A stretch of DNA of 64,000 nt from contig NC_086109.1 of assembly GCF_963921235.1 (NCBI RefSeq), positions 35,280,001 to 35,344,000 on the forward strand, read 5' to 3'. The notes beneath the pieces were generated by a model that saw only the letters and a list, made by a program, of their open reading frames with translations, was not told where the DNA came from and made no database searches. The stretch's first letter is position 1. Each line of letters starts with the position of its first letter. The position numbers and the translations under genes are program-made. The DNA is from Mobula hypostoma (Eukaryota). Of this stretch, positions 11,084-23,386 are shown piece after piece.

Positions 11084-11431
11084 GCACCTCTTCCTACAGA
11101 TGCTGCCTGGCCTGCTGCGTTCACCAGCAACTTTGATGTGTGTTGCTTGAACTTCCAGCATCTGCAGAATTCCTGTTGTTTGCGTTTAATAAATTTTGTT
11201 GTTTATTTATAAAAACCGGACTCAGTTTCATATCCATTGCTGCTGGTGCATAACACAGGAGATGGTATAGTCACAATAACTGTGGGAATCAGTTGGGGGG
11301 GTGCGGTTTGTCTGCACCTTCCTGAAATCCAAAATAATCTCCTTGGTCTTCTGCATGGTCAGGATTATGTTGTTCTTCTCACAATATAAATATTGTCATA
11401 ACCTCAGAAACGGTTACATCTGCCGATTTTC

Positions 11432-11930
11432 TCTTGTTTAGGATGGAAAGCAGTTTCTCTCCTCAGGCCATTAGGCTTCTGAACTCCCTGCTGCATTGTA
11501 TTTGTAGTGTCACTGGTTAATCTGTTCTATACCTTACAAAATTGAATTTATGCCCTTTAGTTTGTCATTTATGTGTGATTCATCTGTAGATTTTATCCTT
11601 ACCTTCATAAATTATCATATGTAATGTGTTGTGCACTACTCTGATTTACACCAGCGTTCAGAGAAACGTTGTTTCATTTCTATACATATTATATGGTTAA
11701 ATTTTCATAAACATATAATTACTTATTCTCATATACATGTGTGTCACCATATACAACCCTGAGATTCATTTTCTTGTGGGTATTCACAGCAAATAGGTTC
11801 TTGTGTCAAAGGTTACAAGCAGAAGGCAGGTGAATTGGGTTGAGAGGAACAATAAATCAGCCATAATGGAATGGTGGAGCAGACTCGATGGGCCAAATGG
11901 CCTAATTTTGCTCTTACATTTTATGTCTAA
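11432..11930 (+). mobile_element. Short LINE 3' ends (Rex1-like tail, then CR1 tail)
   Basis: 11440-11700 resembles 28410-28690; 11800-11930 resembles the CR1 tail at 52600-52720. Confidence 0.6.
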
Positions 11931-12233
11931 TCTTCTGTTAAGATGAAGACAATATCACAAATTCCCAAGTACCGTTTTGAGTCACCTGAGCAAAATGGTG
12001 TTTAAAAGAAGAACAAAAATTGCAGTTCGGTAATTTAATCGGCAACTGTAATTTGTCTCAAGTTTATAGCGGGTGACAGAATCCGAGGACAACTGATGCG
12101 ATGGGGGGGGCGGAATAAAAGGGGTCAGGGTAGGAATTCTGTGAAAATCAGTGGTTTATGCCAGCATGGAATCAGCTTTTTGAAGGATTTATTAATCTGA
12201 AAAAGAATCTAGTGCTTTCCCGGTATATGTGAG

Positions 12234-12355
12234 AAATAAACTTTTCTTGGGCTTCCAGCTGGGTACAGCTATCGATTATAATGCAGAGTTTGTCATCGAA
12301 AAGTCAGTTATAATCGATATTTGTATCTGGCTGGAAGCCCAAAAAGAGTTTATTT
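12234..12355. repeat. About 120-bp hairpin with ~48-bp arms, possibly a second PLE-derived family
   Basis: aaataaacttttcttgggcttccagc...atcgattataa pairs with ttataatcgat...gctggaagcccaaaaagagtttattt. Confidence 0.75.
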
Positions 12356-12690
12356 GATTTGTTAATGTGTTATACCTTTCTATGACTCTGTGGCAGAGGG
12401 AAATTAAGATGGTGTGGAGGAGGTTCACATTCCAATTGACCTCTTGAGTGTTTTGTGATTAGACGATTGAGAATGCCTGGACTGGCTATTTTGAAATCAT
12501 GTGTCTATGGAAGTTATGCATAATGGCAAATGAGAACTATTTGCCTGTGCACACAAAGAAATAAGAGTTATTTGTGGTGCATCCTCAATATGGAAGTCAT
12601 TTGTGTTTAGCACAAACAGGAAGAGATGGTGAATGAAGGAGAAGTGCAAGGTAATAGATGCCTCAAAATGGGAAAGCACAGCACCATGAT

Positions 12691-12928
12691 AAACACAAGC
12701 GGTTCTGCAGATGTTGCAAACTCAGAGTAACACACACAAAATGCTGATGGAACTCAGCAGGCCAGCCAGCACCTATGGAAAGGAATAAACAGTTAATGTT
12801 TTTGGCCAAGACACTTCATCTGAACTAGAATGGATCCTCTCCAGTGTTGATGAAGGGTCTTGGCCTGAAATGTTCACTGTTTACTCCTCTCCGTGGATGC
12901 TGAGGTTTTTTCTGCATTTTGTGTGTGC
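12691..12928. mobile_element. Old miniature PLE-terminus hairpin
   Basis: Diverged inverted copies of the PLE 3' end, including tgatgaagggtcttggcctgaaatgt. Confidence 0.7.
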
Positions 12929-15398
12929 ATCATGTTAATGTGCAGAATGCAATTCAATTTCAACAATAAATCAAAATGGAAAAAATTGTGAACTTACTCT
13001 GAATGGTACAAGGTCTGTGATTTGGCTCTTGGATAGGCATACAGGGAGCAGCTTTTGTCGTTTGCTATGGGGCACAATGACTTTGACCATTTACAGGATC
13101 CAGAATTCAGCATGGCCGTGGAGCAGTCACACAGAAGCAGATCTTCATGATGCACTTGAGGCTGCATGAGCAGGTACTGGGATTCTGCTGCTGGTAATCT
13201 ATGTATTAAAGGTCATTTTCCTAACCAATCAACCAGGTTCATATTGAAGCTCTCTCCTCAGCAAGTGACCACACCAATACAGCCAACATCCCAGTCCTTA
13301 ATCCTCAAAAACAAAACAATTTACCTTACTTTATCTGATGCAGCCTTGATCTCAGACCTTTCCACCCAGATACTGTTCTTACAATGTTTCCTCACTCCTT
13401 TACTTCCAAACTATCAACTTTACAATGAATCCTAGTAATGTTTACACCTTTACTTATTCTGATTCAACCCCTCCAACCTCCTTATAATCCCCAACCATAT
13501 GATACTGCACTCTGCTATCCACTGACTCTCTTTATCCTGAGTCAAGGTTTAGATAGGCAGCCTGGCACAAAAGCAAAATTTAGCTAATTTCCTACATTGT
13601 CACGTGCATGCAGATACATTTGTAAATCTACAACAGCCCCCAATTCAACAGTTATTCTTGAACCCTGTGACCCCAATTTCCCAATGGAAAGCCCTCACTG
13701 AACCAATAGTTTGAGTCCAAGCAGGTATGTATCAATTTCTTTACATTTAGCTTTTCATTTGATTGGTGAGCTATGTTCCCAGTATTACATTTGCAGTTTG
13801 CTATATTTTATTGGTTCGAATTGTTTACTGAATTACACCCTTACTGTGTGTTACTATACAGCTTTATGTTGACAACTGGCATGCCTGCTACCTTGCACTC
13901 TTCTTGTTTATACTATTTTGCTTCAGTTTATGGAATTGCACAGATTACTAAAGGTCTTGCAGCAGAAAAGAGATTTTCAATTTTAGTTGGACTTTTCAGT
14001 AAATTGTGGAGTTGAATTGTTCAATAGCAATGTATAGTGTCTAAGAGGCAATTACTGAAAGAGTCCTGCTTATTAATGGATGCTTATAAATTCAGACATG
14101 CCATCCAGAAACCCAGCAATTTAATTATACTGTATTTACAACAGTACAATGGCTACTACACTTGAAAAGCATTTTGTTCATTGTCAATCACTTTGAGGCT
14201 CAAGCGTCTTAGTCTCTTTACTTCAAAGCAAAATAGATCAGCTGACAGGTCAGCAGAGTAATGAGGGCTAGAAAATGTCCCCATTAGATTTTAATAGTTA
14301 AGCAGATTCAAGCGGAATCAGAAATGTGAATTCAAACTCTACAAGACTGAGTATGTTAGGCTTCTTTAAGTAAGATTAGATAGCAACAAATATAATGTGC
14401 TGAGAGAGCGGGGAGTGTTCAGCTGTGATCAATGAGCCATGGAGCAGACTTAATTGTCTAGTTGGCCTCTACCTGTCTGTCAATATTTTGATGAAATATT
14501 CCTTATGAAACAAAACGTGGCGAAAATTGAATACATTTTCTCATTTATTTTCTGGTTTTTGCAGAAAAATAAAAAGCACATGCAAGTGTGGATTTCATGC
14601 CAAGTTATATCCATCCAACTCATCAGTCTAGTTCTCTGTTTTAGCATACATTGACTTTTCCCTTCTACATGAATTACAAATAGTTAGGATGCAGGAAATT
14701 GCTTTGGACAGCATCCTAGAGAACTCTCTCTCCTTCTCTACTCTCTCCATCTCTCCCATGTGAATGCATTAAAAGACTGTAGAGCTTCAAAAGCATGTAA
14801 ATAAGAGAAATGGAAAGATATCTTGTATGGAGATAGTAAATCCCAAGCTTTTGTGTGTATGTCCCAGCATTCCTGATATTTGTCTACAGTCATAAGATCT
14901 GAGCAGCAGATCTTTGAAATGCATCTGCAGAATAGAGACCTCTACAGTGAGAGCAAAAACCCTTTAACCCTCTAAAGCTGTATCCCATCACCAAGGAACA
15001 GAGCAGAGTAGGTGCCTGGGTGTTTTGTTGTTTGCACAGAACCAAGTTAAGGCAGCACATCTAGAGCACTGTTCCCAACCCACAGAGATAAAAGGGCCTG
15101 AAAAATGCATTCTATATTCCAAATGTATGTTATACCTCAACATACAGGGGAAGTTACTGGAGAACTTATTTTTAACTCGTGTTCACCTTGCTTCACCACT
15201 TACCAGATAATTTGTCCAATAATCAAGCAAAAACATTTTCCAAAAGATTAGATGGAGTGAAGGGCCTTTTTTCTGTGCTGTAGTATTTTAGGTTCTAAAC
15301 CTGAAACCACTAGCTTCCTGCTCTATTATATATTGTGTTTCATTCCCTATGCAATTCTCCATTTGAATCACCAGGACGTAGAAGGCTTTAGGCCAAGT

Positions 15399-16474
15399 GC
15401 TGTTCTGGACTACAGTTCAGCATTCAACACCATAGTTCCATCCAGGCTCGACAGGATGCTCAGAGACCTCAGACTTGACCCTACCTTGTGCAGCTGGATC
15501 CTGGACTTCCTGTCAGATCACTGGGAGCTGGGAAGAGTGGGCTCCCTCTCCTCCACCCCTCTGACTCTTAACACAGGAGCCCCTCAGGACTGTGTAGCAA
15601 GTCCTCTTCTTTACTCCTTGCCTACACATGACTGTGCCACCACCCACAGCTCTAATCTGCTAATTAAATTTGTCGATGACACTGCATTGATTGGCCTAAT
15701 CTCAAACAATAACGAGGTGTCTTACAGGGAAGGAGTCATCTCTCTGACACGGTGGTGTCAAGAAAACAACCTTTCCCTCAATGTCGCAAAAACAAAGGAG
15801 CTGGTTGTGGATTACAGGAGGAATGGAGTCGGGCTATTGACATCAATGGATCCGGGGTTGAGAGGGTAAACAGCTTTAAGTTCCTGGCATCCACATCATC
15901 GAGGACCTTAAAATTGTTTACCCTCTCAAACCCAGACAGTGCCTCTTTCACCTGAGATGGTTCAGGAAATTTGGTATGAACCTCCAAATCCCAAGAACTT
16001 TCTACAGGGGAACAATTGAAAGCACCCTAACAGGCTGCATCCCTGTCTGGTATGGGAACTGTACCTTCCTTAATTGCAGGACTCTGCAGAGAGTGGTGCA
16101 GACAGCCCAGCACATCTGTAGTTGTGAACTTCCCATGGTCCAGGACATTTATAAAGATGGGTGTGAAAAAAGGGCCTGAAGGAGCATTGGGGACCCAAGT
16201 CACCCCAACCACAATCTATTCCAGCTGCTACTCTCTGGAAAGTAGTACCACAGCATAAAAGGCAGGACCAACAGGCTCCGGGACAGCTTCTTCCACCAGG
16301 CCATCAGACTGATTAATTCACACTGATTTGAGTGTATTTCTATGTTACATTGACTGTTCTATTTATTATAAATTACTATGATTGCACATTGCACATTTAG
16401 ACAGTGACATAACGCAAAGATTTTTACTCCTTATATATGTGAAGGATGGAAGAAGTAAAGTCAATTCAATTCAA
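15399..16474 (+). mobile_element. 5'-truncated Rex1/Babar-like LINE
   Basis: DYSSAFNTIVP, GAPQDCV, KFVDDT, LNVAKTKELVVDYR; (TTCAA)n tail. Confidence 0.88.
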
Positions 16475-16546
16475 TACTGGAAGATGGGATTAACACTGTC
16501 TGGCATGGACTGAAATGCTGGATTATATTAGAACAAGGGTTATATA

Positions 16547-18164
16547 CAGCTGAAGACAGAAGTTTACATAAACCTGAGCCAATTACACTTAAACTCAGTT
16601 TTTCACAATTCCTGACATTTAATTCTAGAAAACTTTCTCTGTCTTAGTTCAGTTAGGATCACTACTTTATTTTAAGAATGTGAAAAGTCAGAACAATAAT
16701 AGAGAGAATGATTTATTTCAGCTTTTACTTCTTTCATCACTTTCCCACTGGGTCAGAAGTTTACATACACTTTGTTAGTATTTGGTAGCATTGCCTTTAA
16801 ATTGTTTAACTTGGGTCAAACATTTTGGTAGCCTTCCACAAGCTTCTCGCAGTAAGTTGTTGGAATTTTGTTCCATTCCTCCAAACAGAACTGGTGTAAC
16901 TGAGTCAGGTTTGTAGGCCTCCTTGCTCACACACGCTTTTTCAGTTCTGCCCACAAATTTTCTATTGGATTGAGGTCAGGGCTTTGTGATGGCTACTCCA
17001 ATACCTTGACTTTGTTGTCCTTAAGCAATTTTGCCACAACTTTGGAGGTATGCTTGGGGTAATTGTCCATTTGGAAGATCTATTTGTGACCGAGGTCTTG
17101 ATATGTTGCTTCAATATATCCACATAATTTTCCTTCCTCATGATGCCATCTATTTTGTGAAGTGCACCAGTCCCTCCTGCAGTAACGCACCCCCACAACA
17201 TCATGCTGCCACCCCCATGCTTCACGGTTGGGATGGTGTTCTTCGGCTTGCAAGCCTCACCCTTTTTCCTCCAAACATAACAATGGTCATTATGGCCAAA
17301 CAGTTCAATTTTTGTTTCATCAGACCAGAGGACGTTTCTCCAAAAAGTAAGATCTTTGTCCCCATGTGCACTTGCAAACTGTAGTCTGGCTTTTTTATGG
17401 TGGTTTTGGAACAGTGGCTTCTTCCTTGCTGAGCAGCCTTTCAGGTTATGTCAATATAGGACTCGTTTTACTGTGGATATAGATACTTGTCTACCTGTTT
17501 CCTCCAGCATCTTCACAAGGTCCTTTGCTGTTGTTCTGGGATTGATCTGCACTTTTCACGCCAAAGTACGTTCATCTCTAGGAGACAGAATGCATCTCCT
17601 TCCTGAGCGGTATGATGGCTGCGTGGTCCCATGGTGTTTATACTTGCGTACTATTGTTTGTACAGATGAACGTGGTCTCTTCAGGTGTTTGAAAATTGCT
17701 CCCAAGGATGAACCAGACTTGACATCATTTTCTGACCTCAATCCAATAGAAAATTTGTGGGCAGAACTGAAAAAGCATGTGCGAGCAAGAAGGCCAACAA
17801 ACCTGACTCAGTTACACCAGTTCTGTCCGGAGAAATGGAACAAAATTCCAGCAACTTACTGTGAGAAGCTTGTGGAAGGTTCCCCAAAATGTTTGACCCA
17901 AGTTAAGCAATTTAAAGACAATGCTACCAAATACTAACAAAGTGTATGTGAACTTCAGACCCACTGGGAAAGTGATGAAAGAAATAAAAGCTGAAATAAA
18001 TCATTCTGTCTACTGTTATTCTGACATTTCCCATTCTTAAAATAAAGTAGTGATCCAACTGATCTAAGACAGGGAACGTTTTCTAGGATTAAATATCAGG
18101 AATTGTGAAAAACTGAGTTTAAGTGTATTTGGTTAAGGTGCATGTAAACTTCTGACTTCAACTT
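16547..18164 (-). mobile_element. Tc1 transposon of the Sleeping Beauty IR/DR group, rearranged so that both ends are the right end
   Basis: TA|CAGCTGAAGACAGAAGTTTACATA ... TGTAAACTTCTGACTTCAACTT|TA; transposase pieces KSGSSLGAIFK, VRKYKHHGTTQPSYRSGR, KHGGGSMMLWGC, DLNPIENLW and QFKDNATKY. Confidence 0.95.
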
Positions 18165-18354
18165 TAGTCCCAGCACTGGAGATTGTAGTGCATGATTTGT
18201 AATGAATTCCATCTTAAATGTAGCCTAAATTCCTGTTTATTGTTTGCACCCACTAACTCAGTCGAGTTAAAGGTGCTATTTCCATTCCTTTGCAAGGTGA
18301 ATGGGGTTCATTCCAGATATTGTAAAGGTTAACAGGCCCTTTTGAAATGCCTTC

Positions 18355-19172
18355 ACAATCTGACGGCATGAATATTGATTTCCTCTAACTTTTGGTAATT
18401 CCCCCCCCCCCTCCACCTCTCTCTTATTCCATTCCGCATTCTGGTTTCCCTCTTACCTCTTCTCTCCTCATCACCTACCCATCACCTCTCTTTGGTGCTA
18501 TTCCTCCTTCCCTTTCTCTCATGACCCACTCTCTCTCCTATCAGATTCCTTCTTCAGCCTTTACAGTTTCCACACATCACCTCCCAGCTTCTCACATCAT
18601 TCCCCTCCGCCACCCAACCACCTTCCCCCTCACTTGGCTCCACCTATCACCTCCAGCCTGCACTCCTTCCCCACCCCTCACCTTCTTATTCTGGCATTTT
18701 CTCCTTTCCTTTCCAGTCCTGAGGAAGGGCCTCGGCCTGAAACATTGATTGTTTATTCATTTCCATAGATGCTGCCTGACTTGCTGAGTTTCTCGAGCAT
18801 TTTCTGTGTATTACTCTGGTTGTTCAGTGTCTGCAGAATCTGTTGTGGTTATTATACAGGACCTGATCTCTAGGATATGTGAAAACATTTACATTCTCCA
18901 ACTGTTTTTATGTATTTTAAGACATCCAAAATTTACTTCATCCTTCCCCCTTCAGTTGTCATCTATCACCTTGTGTTACTCTCTCCTCCTCCTACCCCCC
19001 GGACCTTTTAAATCTACCCCTCAGCTTTTTCTCTCCAGTCCTGCCAAAGGGTTTTGGCCAGAAACGCCGACTGTACCTTTTTGCATAGATGCTGCCTGGT
19101 CTGCTGAGTTCCTCCAGCATTTTGTGTGTGTTGCTTAGATTTCCAGCTTTTAAAGATTTTCTCTTGTTTGTG
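18355..19172 (+). mobile_element. Two degenerate PLE 3' terminal repeats with hammerhead-like remnants
   Basis: tgacggcatgaatattgatttc (end of the GIY-YIG ORF), pyrimidine-rich UTR, gtcctgaggaagggcctcggcctgaaacattga (near 18716) and gtcctgccaaagggttttggccagaaacgccgac (near 19038). Confidence 0.75.
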
Positions 19173-19879
19173 AAGAGAGAAAGGGTGCTAATTTTAAGGT
19201 ACTGGATTGGACTGTTGGCATGAAATGAGAAAAGTACAAGCCTACTGGTATTTAGGACTTAATGGATTTTAAACAATTATTTTGTGTTACCTGTGTTCCA
19301 GCTCAACAAAACAATGGGACCATAAAGAAGAACATCAAGTATTGGTTTTTATGAAATAAGTTGCCTCCCTATTGATGTTGCTTCAAAATAATTGATTCTA
19401 TACATACACAAATTAAGCTGATGATATTTTCTAATGAGCCACATCTTAAAATAAAAACTAAATTAATTATTAATTAAACTGAAGAATAATTATGAAAATA
19501 TATTGCTTTTTAAGTCTTATTGGAAAGAAAATGCCGATAAAAGGAATGATTGTATGCAATAGATATTAGTAGAACCCTAAAAGGAGATTAATCTGTGATA
19601 TTGATTCATCAGTCATCAAAGAAATAGCACCTTCAGATCTCTACGTAAACAACACATTGATTATCACTGATGTTTATTGATATTGCAAAGAACTTATGGA
19701 AAGTTTTAAATATTCCCAGTGGGCAGCACTGTGGAGAACATTAGGCTACAAAATCTGAAACCTGTTCCTGATCTGATCACCTCAGATGTTGGTGAAAGTA
19801 AATTGGGAGCTACCTACTCACCTTTCCTGAGCAATGGGTCAGCTGGTTAATTGTACAAATATGTTAATGAATGTTGTAT

Positions 19880-20999
19880 GGCTCAATGCCTTTTATGCTT
19901 TGAAAGAGAGAATAAAACTACACGTGTGTGAATCCCTGCAGCATCTGGTGACCCTGTGATCTCTGTCTTGGAGGCTGACATCAGAACATCCTTCGAAAGG
20001 GTGAACACTTGCAAGGGTTCAGGCCCTGATGGTGTACCTGGCAGGGCATTGAAAACCTTTGCCAACCACCTGGCAGGAGAGTTCAAGGACACCTTCAATC
20101 TCTCACTGCTGCAGTCGAAGTTTCCCACTTGCTTCAAAAGGGAAATAATCCCATGACAGTACCTATGAAGAGCAGAAGAACAGCCTTAATGAGTATAGTC
20201 CAGTTTCCGTCACATCTACTGTGATGAAGAGGTTGGTCATAGCCAGAATCAACCCCTGCCTAACTAAGGACCTGGCCCTGCTGCAATTTGCCTTTAGCCA
20301 TAGTAAATCTACAGCAGATGCAATCTCACAATCAGTGCAACCAGTGGAAAGGATAAGCAGTTTCAAGTTCCTGGGTGCTAACATCTCTGAAAATCTACCC
20401 TAGACCCAACATAGAGATGCAGTTACAAAAAAGCCACAACAACAGATATCTTTCATCAGGAGTCTGAGGAGACTTGGTATGAAACCAAAGACTCTGGCAA
20501 CTTTCTTCGCATGTACTGTGGAAAGCACTCCAATTGGTTAGCTCACTGTCTGGTATGGAGGGGCGATTGCTCAGGATTGGAAAAAGTTGAAAGAAGTTGC
20601 AAACTCAGCCAGTTCCATCGTGGACACTAGCCTCTCCAGCATCGAGTACATCTTCAAAAGGCAATATCTCAAAATGGCAGCATCCATCATTATGAACCCC
20701 CATCACCAAAGACGTGCCATCTTCTCCTTGCTACCATCAAGGAGGTGATTTCAGGAGCTTGGAGACAGTCACTCAATACTTTAGGAACAGCTTCTTCCCC
20801 TCCGCCTTCACATTTCTGAGTTTATAATGAACCCATATGACTACCTCAATATTTTTGCTCTCTTTTTGCAATTAAACTTTTAAGAATATATTTGTAATTG
20901 TAATTTATAGATTTTTAATTATGTATTGCAATGTACTGCTGCAGCAAAACAACAAATTTCACAGCTTATGCTAATGATATTAAACCTGATTCTGATTCT
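19880..20999 (+). mobile_element. Internally deleted Rex1/Babar-like LINE
   Basis: KGSGPDGVPGRALK, PTCFKREIIP, SFKFLG; (GATTCT)n tail. Confidence 0.82.
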
Positions 21000-23386
21000 A
21001 AGCTACCATTAAATGTTTAAATTAGAGAAACCCAACAGCTCCCTGAAAACTTGATGGTTAATGAGAAACAAGAAGAAATGTTCTGGCATGAAGCCAAGTA
21101 GAAGAAATATTAAGAGAGGTCATTATATACTTTTAGGAGTGGTTTGAGAGATACTTTTCAGCTCAGCATCTTTGAAATTGGAGGCACAACCAATTGTAGT
21201 GGAGTGGTTAAAATCAGGAATGCAGAACACAAGGTGTGCAGAAATTGTGGAAATGAATAAAGAAGGGTACTGAGACAGGAAAAGGCGAAGATAGTAAGGG
21301 ATTTGAAATGAAGTGTTTTGGTAAAGGTGTAGCAGGACAATGATATTCTATTTTATGGTGTGCCTATCCAAAACCCAGGCAACTTGTGGTTATGATCTTT
21401 CAGGTGCAAACACATGGATGTGCATCAGATCAGCCAGTTGCACAAGGAAAGATGGGCACATTCATTGCTGTTCCTTTAACCGTTGCTTCCCCATTGGCAC
21501 AGAAAGAGGGAATTTTTCAAAGAAGAAGAAACAAACTGATGTTGCCACAAGACTGGTTTCCTCATTGTTCAATCTCCCTAAATTTCTGTGTCAATCCCAA
21601 ATTTGTTCAGAACTGCTTTGAGGTTCTTTAGTTTGCTTTTTCTTTTGAATTCCATGAGTTCCTTGGCCTAGACTTCACTGGGAAAATACAACTTGCTAGA
21701 GTGGTATTCCATGAACTTGTACACATAGTGATAACTGGAGTGTTCTTTGATCATATCCTGAAAATAATAGCGTTAGCTTTGATCAGGACTCTGGCACTTG
21801 TGTCATGGTCTTCTCATTTCTTTATGAACATTTGCCAAAGATGTTGCTGATGATTTGAAGATCCTTGACGTTTTGATATACAAGACCTCAAAACTGACCA
21901 TGGCTTTGCACATAGATAGCTTGTTTGGGAACTGAAGGTGATGATTGTTCATGCTTCCCAAAGGTAGAAATTGCATACTAATCCACAATTATCTTCAGCA
22001 GTATTTTTGTTGCACAGATGTAGAAAAATCTTCTGTCAGAGACAGTTTTTAAAGTGCATTGTGGGGAAAGAATGTTCAAAAAATATAGGACCTTGGGATC
22101 TGTGGAATGCTATTGATGAAAGTTGATGGAAAGTCTACAACTGTTATTACTAAGGGTAATTACAGGTTAGCAAGAATAAGAGATCAAAGACTTTCATACT
22201 AGGGTACTGGAAAGGGAACAATAATGTGCATAAAAGTTTTACCTCATATTTGAAGAAGCCAATTGACTGTTGACATTCCTTTTTGCTATTGGTTAGGAAG
22301 AATAATATACAGGAAGACAGAATGGCTCCATTTCTATATCATTGGGTAAGGCATCCAAATGATGTTTCATTGCTTACTTGGTTTCCCTTGCAGAGTGAAG
22401 GGAAAACACATCCAATATTTATATAAAAGTGTACTGCATTTTCACTTTTGGGAATAGATACAAGAAGTCACGAATATTAAAACAGCGCTATAAACTTTCC
22501 TGAGCCTCACCAATGGTCAACAGAGATGGATTCTAAGCTCCTGCATTATTTTCTTCAGTTAGAATTTCAAAGCTTTTCAAAAAGACATTAATAATTTGTG
22601 AGCTAATAGCATCAGAACTGCCCAATTCCATTTGCACAATAAATATATTGATGCTGCTCCCTACAATATGTTACCTTTCAGCCCTTTGCACTGACTGACT
22701 GTGACTAAATATACTTAAACTTGTCTAAAAACAGAAAACCAGATGGATTTCTTACGCTGTATGCTTGCAAACTAGAGATGTGACATGTTCCCCAATAAAC
22801 AGTTCTATAAGACAAACAATTATTTTCTTGTGCTTGGAGATTCCCTGATTTTTCCAAAAATATTCTGAAAATGAAGCTGAATATTAATTAGGTTTCCATA
22901 TAATATTTATGCTTTGTGTAAATGCTTCAGAAATACAGGGATCAACAATTTGCACAGGAATCAACTATTTTCATTGAGGTGAAAAAAATCAGCTTCCTAT
23001 GCTTTGAAAATGAAATCGAGGCATTATTAGTATCAGTGCTCTTTCCCTTGCGCTTTGACATGAGAGCATATTTTAAAAATTTTGTCACAAGTAGTATTTT
23101 GAAACAGAATTATATTTTTTCTCCATTAATTCATTCATTTACAAAATATCTTATTTTTTAAGGTTTTGCATGAATATCTTCCAAAAGTACATTATGTGAT
23201 AAAGGGTCATTGAATTCTACTGATTCAAAATATATCAATAGAAATGCAGTTTGAATATAAATATGCTGAGATCTATTTTTGTACTGTAACAAATCTCATA
23301 TTTTTATTTTCCATTTCCTTTCACAAGTTCCATCCAGAGATTGTTATCCTTTATGAAATACTGGGATGAATGACAATATGCTGCAC

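Larger units (their letters stand above)
7067..11185. mobile_element. Penelope-like element (Neptune-like) inserted as an inverted duplication: minus arm 7067-9290, plus arm 9300-11185
   Basis: 14-bp TSD TTAATAAATTTTGT (7053-7066 and 11186-11199); the same RT and GIY-YIG frames on both strands; Cys-rich linker YPCKRNKCYTCP. Confidence 0.95.
710..11255 (+). mobile_element. Full-length but decayed Gypsy LTR retrotransposon, Gmr1-like domain order (gag-PR-IN-RT)
   Basis: Two LTRs bounded by TGTTA...TAACA, 4-bp TSD CAGG (706-709 and 11256-11259), PBS, PPT, and gag/PR/IN/RT remnants with integrase upstream of RT. Confidence 0.95.
6017..11255 (+). repeat. 3' LTR, split by two insertions (6667-7012 and 7067-11185)
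   Basis: Colinear with the 5' LTR once both TSD-flanked inserts are removed. Confidence 0.93.

Noticed and set aside
13037..13210. Possible host exon (splice-like sites on both strands; AYREQLLSFAMGHNDFDHLQDPEF or a Cys-rich minus frame)
   Set aside because: No recognisable homology, no partner exons, and several equally plausible frames.
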